A stretch of 53,885 bases of DNA, counting the filler, from an uncultured virus (IMG/VR IMGVR_UViG_2049941000_000426) (lineage: Duplodnaviria > Heunggongvirae > Uroviricota > Caudoviricetes). It is 4 parts of one record of this genome, joined end to end, with 100 filler letters (N's around TTAATTAATTAA, not from the genome) between each part and the next. Parts side by side here need not be neighbours in the genome. Positions count along the whole stretch, not along the records: positions 23,631 to 34,545 come from IMGVR_UViG_2049941000_000426; positions 34,646 to 44,435 come from IMGVR_UViG_2049941000_000426; 2 more parts are not named here. One strand, 5' to 3'. Position numbers and translations under genes: made by a program. This document shows, in pieces, positions 33,701 to 41,700 of the stretch (its first letter is position 1; the number at the start of each line of letters is the position of its first letter). The notes under the pieces are model-generated. The model was not told the origin of the DNA, made no database searches, and worked only from the letters and a program-made list of their open reading frames with translations.

Positions 33701-34545
33701 TTGTACTCAAGTCACCATTGACCAAGCTGGTTCACCACCACACTTCTGGCAGCATTCAGCACCAAACCTTTAGGTGTCTCNNNNNNNNNNACCAAAGTCG
33801 TTGACGGGGTAGGCCAGGTTGAGCGGCTGGTCTATCTGGGTGACTACTGGAGTGGCGAGTTCGTAGTAGATCAGGCAACCAGTGAGAGCTGTCGCAAGCT
33901 CCGTGTCGGAGAGGGACAGGAGGGAGGAGTCAACGAGATAAATACCCGCAGTTGATGCATTGCCAAACAAAACACCGTCATTGGTAAAAAATGGATCTGG
34001 AGTCGGGTAACGTGTAGATGCCACATTAGTTGCTCCAGTTTTCCTCGTGCCTGGAACCGCTGTAAAAAAGCCATATGGATACGTGCTGTTCGGCTGCTGT
34101 CTTGTCCACGTAAGCGTACCAGCGTCGACTACACCCCATCTGACAATCTTCTGCTCAGCAGTCAGTTCATCGGCAGTATCACCGATACCGTTCATCCCCT
34201 CAGGGAAGTACGTGCTGATGGGAAATTCCTTCACGTTGCTGATGAAGGGCTCCCACTTGTACTCCGGCTCCCCGTAGTTCTTGTAGCCCGACCATACAAG
34301 GTGGACGCAGGTGTCCGTGTTGTTGCCACCCACCACCGTCAGGACTCCATTGTTGACGGGCGTGAAGATGCCGGCTGAATCAGGCGTAATCGTCTCGGTC
34401 TGGCCGAAGACGTCCACATAGCTGACACTGGTGTACGTCCCGCATATCTGGTACTTGTTGCCGCCGAGAAGAGCCGCCGTCCCCGTCGCATGATTGTAGG
34501 CGTTGAAGCCGATGGTCTGGACCCCAGTGCCCTTGTAGTTCAAAA
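27789..34545 (-). CDS. Giant modular tail-fibre/adhesin gene 2, middle and C-terminus (fragmented, includes alternative alleles)
   Basis: Recurrent motifs VDLGTLxW, YELATP, DLTQYFNG..WDDLVAYD, NYKGTG..GFN; ends ...YISKESFEAFL...FNYTAN*. Confidence 0.7.
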
Positions 34546-34645
34546 NNNNNNNNNNNNNNNNNNNNNNNNNNNNNNNNNNNNNNNNNNNNTTAATTAATTA
34601 ANNNNNNNNNNNNNNNNNNNNNNNNNNNNNNNNNNNNNNNNNNNN
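34546..34645. other. Artificial scaffold linker
   Basis: 44 N + TTAATTAATTAA + 44 N. Confidence 0.95.
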
Positions 34646-34832
34646 AAGGAACCGCAGATGGGCGTAGGAATCTGCAGCGTTACGATTGATGTATTGCCAT
34701 TCGCCAAAGCAAGTGACTGGCCCATAGTCTGGTGCGATGCCTTACGCGTCTCGATGCGATAATTGCCAACAGGCAAACGGCCATGCCAACGCCCCACCCC
34801 TTTATACTCATCGTTAATCCATNNNNNNNNNN

Positions 34833-35577
34833 ACTCGTTGCCCTCACCGTCCCTATAGATGTACTTGCAGTTGCGGATGAGCGGGATGGAGTAATCGGTG
34901 CCCTCATAGACCGTGTCGAAGGAGCCGCCCGAGAGGGTGTCGTCGCCCGTCGTCAAGGAGAGAGACTGAGGAGTCTCCGTGGAGGTCGTGGGCTCTGCTA
35001 ATTCGTAGTAGAGGATAGCTCCTGAAACGTACGCCTTGAACTCCACGGCTTGCGTGTTAGTAAAGGACATGCACTTGACATACAGGATTTTGTTCCCGCT
35101 TGACTTGGCGATACTGTTGTCTGGGTAGGAGTTGAAATCAGAGGAAGCCCAGTTAATAGTCAGCGCCTCCAGCTTGGACGACACGACTATTCCGCAGACA
35201 CCAGACTTGATGTCAGTCAATGTATCACAGTAGAAGTAGCCCTGCGTGCTGCCTGTCTTCCACGTCAGCGTCCCCAGGTCCACGCTCCCCATCCTGACGG
35301 TCTTGTCACCTGCAACAGCTTCTACACTGTCATAAGCAGTTCCCGCGCCGTACAACGGGGCGGTGTTCACGGCGTTCGTCAGCTCGCTGTCGTAGGTCAT
35401 AGCTCCAACAGGCGCGACAGTGTTGGTCACGCTGACCGTCCTTCCCGATACGGTGGCGGTGTAACCATTGGCGAACGTGACGGAGGAATTAGGCGTCATG
35501 TCCTTGACAAGCGCCTTCCAAACACCTTTGTTGTTGCCTCTCCAGTCGAGGGTCGATGCGATCTGAGTGATGTTCAT
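34833..35577 (-). CDS. N-terminus of giant fibre gene 2
   Basis: MNITQIAST... with VDLGTLTW, YELAEP and RNCKYIYRD modules shared with fibre 1. Confidence 0.7.
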
Positions 35578-35617
35578 TATGCTGTTCCTGTAGTAAGGAG
35601 TGTATCCGTGTTTCTAT

Positions 35618-35647
35618 ATTATAATAAGGTATAGTTGCAAATTTCAA
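35618..35647 (-). promoter_or_regulatory. Putative sigma70 promoter of fibre gene 2
   Basis: TTGAAA-18 nt-TATAAT, with the -10 box ending 40 nt upstream of the ATG at 35577. Confidence 0.45.
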
Positions 35648-35663
35648 TGAAAACCATTGAAAA

Positions 35664-36851
35664 TCACTTTGACGGTGTCACCACCGCTGGCGTACTATAC
35701 ACCTCTATCGAGTAGTCAAGCGTTCCGTTTTTCGGGAACGCCTTTTCCCCGACTTCTTTTCTCATGATGTTGAGACTGCCGTTCAGGTCGGCGTTTATCA
35801 GTCGTCCAGATTTGCTTCTGAACAGACCACGCTTGACACGCCGTCCCATATATTCATCATGGTGGCATATCGGTTCGTCGTCCAGAAAACTGCATTTGGA
35901 CGTGTGAGACTCGTTGACCTGGATAACGGTTATGCCGGCCATGCGGCATTTGTACTCCATCATGCCGATGAACTTCTCAAATGGAATTGATACAAAGGTC
36001 TGGTTATTCTTCCTGCCCATGTTCGCCTCTTGCTTCCATCCGTCGTTCTTGCCTATGACAAGTGTGTTGACGTCCCTGGAAACTAACCGATTGACGACCA
36101 TACGGCTCGCCTTGTGGAGATAGTCCTTGACCTTATTGTCTCGCTTCCGGTTCATGCTTTTCGCTTTCCGTGATTTAAGGTCCCTGCATTTGCTTTTCCT
36201 CTTGTTGTAGTATTGGTTAATGGATTTCAGCGGTCTTCCGTTAACGATGAACGGCTTCCCGCAGTTGAACGACACTGTCGCCAGATTGGAGACTCCAAGG
36301 TCGATGGCGGCATAGCGGCCGTTGTCCGGTTTCATCTCCGCATCTGGAGTGTTGTAAACGACTTCCACGTCATAGCAGTTGAACGTTGGTCTTGGCACGA
36401 CCCTGACGCACGCAACATTTTGGATGTCATCTCGGATCTTGAATCTCGACTCAATTCCCGCCAGTTTTATATAGCCTTGTTTCAACGCCGGCTTGGAAAT
36501 AGCCTGCATCGTGAACATCAATACCTGCCGTCCATTCTTCGGAAGATATTTCGGTATCCTCGCCTTGATGCCTTTCTTAACAAGCGCAAAGAACGACTTG
36601 AAACTACTATCAACAAGTTTCAAGACCATCTGGCTGACCTTCGTGTTCATGGCGTAGTAGTCGGAATTCTTTGTCGCGATGAACTCATGGCCAATCGTGA
36701 AGTTGCTCTTATATTTCCCTGTCTGGAAAAAATGCTGTCTGACGGCATACAGCGCGGCGTTGTACAGGTTCTTGGACAGAAAACACGCCCTGTCCAGCTC
36801 CACGTACTCCGCCGTGCCTTTTTTGACTCGTATGCGCTCAGTCAGCTGCAT
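35664..36851 (-). CDS. tnpB: TnpB RNA-guided endonuclease (IS200/IS605/IS607 superfamily; solo, no tnpA), 395 aa
   Basis: SKNLYNAA; RuvC-I AIDLGV; RuvC-II VIG with alternative E in VNESHTSK; RuvC-III NADLNGSLNI. Confidence 0.93.
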   Translation of the reverse strand: MQLTERIRVKKGTAEYVELDRACFLSKNLYNAALYAVRQHFFQTGKYKSNFTIGHEFIATKNSDYYAMNTKVSQMVLKLVDSSFKSFFALVKKGIKARIPKYLPKNGRQVLMFTMQAISKPALKQGYIKLAGIESRFKIRDDIQNVACVRVVPRPTFNCYDVEVVYNTPDAEMKPDNGRYAAIDLGVSNLATVSFNCGKPFIVNGRPLKSINQYYNKRKSKCRDLKSRKAKSMNRKRDNKVKDYLHKASRMVVNRLVSRDVNTLVIGKNDGWKQEANMGRKNNQTFVSIPFEKFIGMMEYKCRMAGITVIQVNESHTSKCSFLDDEPICHHDEYMGRRVKRGLFRSKSGRLINADLNGSLNIMRKEVGEKAFPKNGTLDYSIEVYSTPAVVTPSK

Positions 36852-36885
36852 TGTCCTTTTAAAGTTCCCTTATCAATTTTTCCTG

Positions 36886-37188
36886 TCACCGGAAGACGTA
36901 GGCCGTCTTGCCGTCCTCCGTCTCCACTTCTGTCACAACCGCCGTGAAGGGTTCCTTCCCCTTCTCCCTCTCCCATTCCAGCGCGTCGTCCTCCAGACAT
37001 TTGGAATGCGTAATGAAGACAAAAGGCCTTCCGTTCTCCCAGAACTGGAAAAGAAACCCCTTTCCATACTTGTTCTTGAACGGCCCCCAGTCGGTGAACT
37101 CAAGTTCCTTGTCCTTCACCTGCGTCTTGTAGTCCGCCTTGTCGCCCTCTATCCTGCGTTTGGGCCTGACAACTTCCCTGAGCCTCAT
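36886..37188 (-). CDS. 100-aa putative DGR accessory protein, translationally coupled to the RT
   Basis: ATGA overlap with the RT stop and GGAGG RBS; MRLREVVRPKRRIEGDK...FVFITHSKCL...PFTAVV; beta-rich, unlike helical Avd. Confidence 0.65.
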   Translation of the reverse strand: MRLREVVRPKRRIEGDKADYKTQVKDKELEFTDWGPFKNKYGKGFLFQFWENGRPFVFITHSKCLEDDALEWEREKGKEPFTAVVTEVETEDGKTAYVFR

Positions 37189-38207
37189 GCGACTTCCTCC
37201 AGGCATTGTTTCAACGGCCTTCCCACGACTCTCTTCCAGAATCTCCTGCCATCGGTGAGTTCTGTGGTCCATCCATAGTAGGATGCCAGCGACCTGTAGG
37301 ACTTTTCATCCTTGCATGTCTCAAAGCGGAGGGTTGCACTCCTAAGCCTCCGCTCTATCCGCTTCCTCAAAGTGATCGAATACCTATGAAACACCAGTCC
37401 CATGAAATCAAGCCCGTGCTCGTCTATTGACTTCACCTGTGCGGAATTCTTCACCCGCAGTCCAAGTGCGTCCATATAGGCTCTGACTTTCTTCAACGCG
37501 TTCCACAATGCCTCCTTCGACAGGGCAATCAGGATGATGTCGTCACAGTACCGGAAGCAGCCTACAATGCCTGGCAGTCTGACCACCCAGTGGTCGAAGT
37601 CATTCAGATAGAGGTTGGCGAGAAGCTGGGATATATAGTTGCCTATTGGAAGACCGTTCAGGTGACTGTCGATGATGGTGTCGAAGAACTTCAGGACAAG
37701 GGGGTCCTTGACGACCTTCCTGACCTTCGTCTTCAGGATGCCGTTGTCGATGGACGGATAGTATTTCCTGACATCCAGCTGGATGTAGTATACCGGAAGG
37801 TGCTGCAAGCCACGCAGGAGCTTCACGATGCGCTTCTTCCCATACGTCCTGCCCCTTCCCTCTATACCGCTGTAGGTGTCGGGGATGAACTTCGAGACGA
37901 TCCTCCTTCCGACAACGTTGAACACGGCATGCTGCATGACATTGTCGGCAAAGGAAGGGTTCCAGTCTATCTTCCTCCGCTTGCCATGCTCCGTTCTGGT
38001 GAAGCTCCTGTACTGTGGAACAGGGATGTCGCCGGAGAGGAGCCGGTAGCGTATTTTCAGTGCGTTGGCGTCCAGGCTCCTCATGAACACTTCGGCATCC
38101 TTGGCAAGGGCGTTGTCCTTGCTCCTATGATGCAGAGCGTCATGGATGGCGCGTTCGATGTTGTCCATCGACGCTATCTGTTCCATGACGTTACCTATGC
38201 GCTTCAT
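37185..38207 (-). CDS. Diversity-generating retroelement reverse transcriptase, 340 aa
   Basis: MKRIGN start, E.GKRRKI, LDVRKYYPSID, GLPIGNYISQLLANLYL (DGR SQ motif), RYCDD, GLDFMG; no maturase or endonuclease domain. Confidence 0.95.
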   Translation of the reverse strand: MKRIGNVMEQIASMDNIERAIHDALHHRSKDNALAKDAEVFMRSLDANALKIRYRLLSGDIPVPQYRSFTRTEHGKRRKIDWNPSFADNVMQHAVFNVVGRRIVSKFIPDTYSGIEGRGRTYGKKRIVKLLRGLQHLPVYYIQLDVRKYYPSIDNGILKTKVRKVVKDPLVLKFFDTIIDSHLNGLPIGNYISQLLANLYLNDFDHWVVRLPGIVGCFRYCDDIILIALSKEALWNALKKVRAYMDALGLRVKNSAQVKSIDEHGLDFMGLVFHRYSITLRKRIERRLRSATLRFETCKDEKSYRSLASYYGWTTELTDGRRFWKRVVGRPLKQCLEEVA

Positions 38208-38420
38208 TTCCGATATTCCAAGATTAGCTTATGCTGTCGATTTTTTCGGCTCCTTGCTGGCCGCGTTCGGAGAGACTCCTACCAGCGGTCCTGGGGTTGC
38301 TTTCCTTTGACCAGTTCATTGAATACCCTTACGGGTGGCGAACCCACCTTCGCCCCTGAGTGTCGTCGGGGCGTTTCCACGGTCATGAAGTCGGCTTCGA
38401 GAATTTTGTCTAAAGGGAGT
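38208..38420 (-). ncRNA. TR-RT spacer, probable structured 3' part of the DGR template RNA
   Basis: About 210 nt between TR and RT with no minus-strand ORF; short stems such as CGCCCC...GGGGCG at 38351-38373; same position as the BPP-1 Sp region. Confidence 0.5.
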
Positions 38421-38540
38421 CTAAGGGCGACCGCTGATGTTCACGTTCGTATTCGCGAGCCCGTTGTTGACATTGCGATTCGCGAGCCCGTCATTGGACC
38501 CGTTGTTACAGTTGCCACCGACGTAGGCGACACGGCGGTC
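38421..38540 (-). repeat. DGR template repeat (TR)
   Basis: Not part of any minus-strand gene, yet reads DRRVAYVGGNCNNGSNDGLANRNVNNGLANTNVNISGRP* with 11 AAC/AAT codons, a typical CLec-VR template. Confidence 0.92.
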
Positions 38541-38671
38541 TTAAGCCGACTCCATACGCCCGGCCGATCGACATAACGGCCTTTTTATACAGGGGCGTGC
38601 TGTTCAGGTTGTCTTGCTTCCTATGTCTTCATGATGGATTCCACGTTCAATATACTCTTCATAAACGGCTC

Positions 38672-38745
38672 GGGGCTCTGGCGAGCCCCTCGCTTTCGTC
38701 CTCGCTCCGCTCGGACGCGTTTCCCGCTCGCCGCCTCACGGCGGC
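38672..38745 (-). promoter_or_regulatory. Two GC-rich hairpins downstream of the target gene (DGR target-recognition elements)
   Basis: Minus strand GCCGCC-GTGA-GGCGGC (38730-38745) and GGGGCTC-GCCA-GAGCCCC (38672-38689). Confidence 0.7.
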
Positions 38746-38759
38746 TCGCATTCCGTTCC

Positions 38760-41700
38760 CTATGAGCCCTGCGNNNNNNNNNNNNNNNNNNNNNNNNNNN
38801 NNNNNNNNNNNNNNNNNNNNNNNNNNNNNNNNNNNNNNNNNNNNNNNNNNNNNNNNNNNNNNNNNNNNNNNNNNNNNNNNNNNNNNNNNNNNNNNNNNNN
38901 NNNNNNNNNNNNNNNNNNNNNNNNNNNNNNNNNNNNNNNNNNNNNNNNNNNNNNGGCCGTCGTTGTACCAGTAATCGGGCAGATATCTGCCGCTCGCTCC
39001 TGGACTGCCCGTCTTCCGCATGAAGAAGGTAGCTGGATCGAACTTGGAGTCCCATCCGGACAGCGGCCAGTGGTTGTGTCTGACCGTATAAACAGGGTTC
39101 GCAGCGGTCCGCTGAGCCGTCATGGTGTAGTCATTCGTGGCCAGGGTCTCCCAGTAGCCCTCGGATGAATAGCGGTAAATGGGCTGATCCTTGTACTTCG
39201 TCGTCACGGACGTCGTGAGGGTGGCGTCGCTGTACATCGTCGTGGAGGTTCCGGGAGCCGCCGTGTTCGTCCACAGGACCGTGTCGCTCGTGTTCTTCCA
39301 TGCGTAGGAGGAGGGACCGTCGCTCAGAAGATCGCGTGTGTACGTCAGGTTGTCCGTTCCACGGAAGGAGCGGAGGGATCCCGTCTGGAACTTCTGGATT
39401 CCATGCTCGAACTCCCAGACCTCGCCGAAGGGGTTCTCGATCCCCCTGTACTGGAACTGGATGACGCGGTTGGACTGGAGCGTGTAGGAGGCTACCGTTC
39501 CCGCGGTCGTCGTCCCCGTGGAGGCGCTGTAGACCACGTCGCCGTTGGCAGGCGTGGGGGAATTCGTGAAGTACCGCGTGGAGGAGGCCGTCCTGTTGTA
39601 GACGCTCCAGGCGTAACGCCCGTCGGCGTCTGCGTTGGTGTCCCTCTGCACCTGTGTCGAGCCGATCGTGAACCGCTGGAAGTTGTCCATGTCCTGCGTA
39701 TTCTCGACAGCAGTAATGGAGGCCGTCCCGTTGCCGGCGTTGACCCGGCCCGACTTCCGCCAGAAGCAGAAGGCGTTCTGGATGCCGCTCGCATATCCGT
39801 AGGAAATGACCTGGTTGTCCAGCGATCCCTGCTCGATCGCCATCAGGAGGAACAGCCACTGATGGAACTTGACGTTCACGGTAGAGCCCCCGTTCCTTCC
39901 GGAGCGGGTAGTGAGATCGGCCAGGGAGACACTCACGTATGGCAGTGCCCCTGCAATGCTTCTCGCCTTGTTGGTGCCGCTTGTACCGGTGGACTGGCTC
40001 AGCGCCCCCTCCGTGGTGTTGATGGGGGTGCCGTCGGCATTGCAGATCGATGCACGATACGCTCCAACGTACTGCTTCCTTGGCGTATCTCCATTCGGGC
40101 TAACATAGAAGAAATCGTGGATCTCGGCGGGGTAGTATGAGCCCATGAACGGCTGGTCCGAGATCAGCCACAGCACCTTGCCGGTGCCCTGGTAGTCCTC
40201 GTCGACGTCCCAGTAGCCGATGGGCATCTCAACCATGACGTCGCCGTCAGCGCCTGTAAGGACGGAGGCGGAGCCGTCTGAGGCGATGCCGTTTCTTGTC
40301 CCGTTGTACTTCTTGTCCGAGTCTTCGTCGTCGAGGTAGTAGGCGATGGTTCTGTTGGCCAGGTCGCTCATGACGCAGCGGTACAGCTCATGGCAGGGAT
40401 GCGACTTGAAGGCGTCGAACGAGGCGACCTCGGAAAGGACGCCGTTGTTCAGCTCCACCCACTGGCAGGCGGGGGGATTCTNNNNNNNNNNATGATTCCG
40501 TAGGCGTGCTCGTTCGGGAACACGCGGACGGTCGGGCAGTATGGCTCGACGGTGCCTGGGTTGTACGGCTGGAGGTCGCGGTAGCGGTGGAAGCGCGTTG
40601 AAAGAGACGCCCAGGAGTGGATGTTGGCTATCTTCGTGGCGTCTCCGTTGTAGAGCTGCGTGATGTCGACGAGCTGATCCTCGCCGCCCACCGCCTCGAT
40701 GGAGGACTGGCCGGTTATGAGGGAGTCGTCCTCCTGGTTGTCGTTGAAGACGTAGGTGTGGGAGGGGTTGAGGGCGATGGTCTGGTCCTTGCCGTCGTAA
40801 GTCAGGGAGAGTCCGCACTGGCGTGTTCCGGCAGTCTGGAGGGCCGTGTTGTAGATGTCAACAGTGGGAATTGTGGTGGGGTTGTACTGGGAGGTGGTGG
40901 GGGTGGCTTTCACAAAGTAGGCAATTCTACCAGATAACGCTGTCTTTATTTGATCCGCTGTTTTACCCTCCAAAGAGGAATCTGTTAGATAACATGTACT
41001 GTTACTGGATGTTCCCATTATAGTTTTGTCTGTTGAGAAGCCATTAGAATAAGGCATATATCCAGGACAAATAATGCCAGCATAATTACCTATTTTTCCA
41101 GACACACCAAATCTCGTATAACCATAGGGGTAGGATGAATCAGGCGCGTGATAGTCTATGTATGTCAATGTTCCTAGATCAACACTATCTGTATACTTAG
41201 TCAATATTCCAGAAACACTCTCATACGTATCTGGGTTAAGATCTCCCCACTTAACTGTACTGTTTATCCACATAGGAACAGACATCAGCTCCACGGGGCA
41301 CGCTACGTCGGTCGTGTGGTTCACCTTGACCGTGGGCTGTACGCCCTTCACAGTACCAGTGTCATAGGGTACGTAGGAAGCAAAGGAACTGTCATAAGCT
41401 ACAAGATCATCCCATGAGTTAATGGAGTTGATGAGAGTTGAGTTACCGTTGAAGTACTGGGTAAGATCTACGATTTGTAATCCTACGGATATTACCCAAT
41501 TGGGATGGAATACACACCCACTCGAGTTGTACACAGTTACCGTGTAGTCTCCAGAAGCCAATGAAAATGGCATTTTCAATGAAGCGTTGACAAAACCTGT
41601 TGGGAAAATCTTGTTTTGTTCGTCCAAATATAACCTGAAATACACGCTACCTTCAATGTTGTTCAAGTTGAAAGGTCTGTTTAGGAGATATGTATGTCCG

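Noticed and set aside
34646..34822. PEGA-like domain apparently fused to fibre 2
   Set aside because: Isolated between a 10-N gap and the linker, and it interrupts a module conserved in fibre 1; likely mis-scaffolded bacterial sequence
36872..36876. TTGAT (ISDra2-like TAM or insertion motif) 20 nt upstream of tnpB
   Set aside because: A 5-mer in AT-rich DNA is expected by chance and leaves no room for a left end
37185..38207. RT as group II intron, retron or Abi RT
   Set aside because: Short length, SQ motif, adjacent AAY-rich TR and absence of maturase or endonuclease domains indicate a DGR
38659..38773. C-terminal extension AGLIGNG...PSRL of the target ORF
   Set aside because: The frame across the gap is arbitrary, and the region is better explained as hairpin-bearing non-coding DNA
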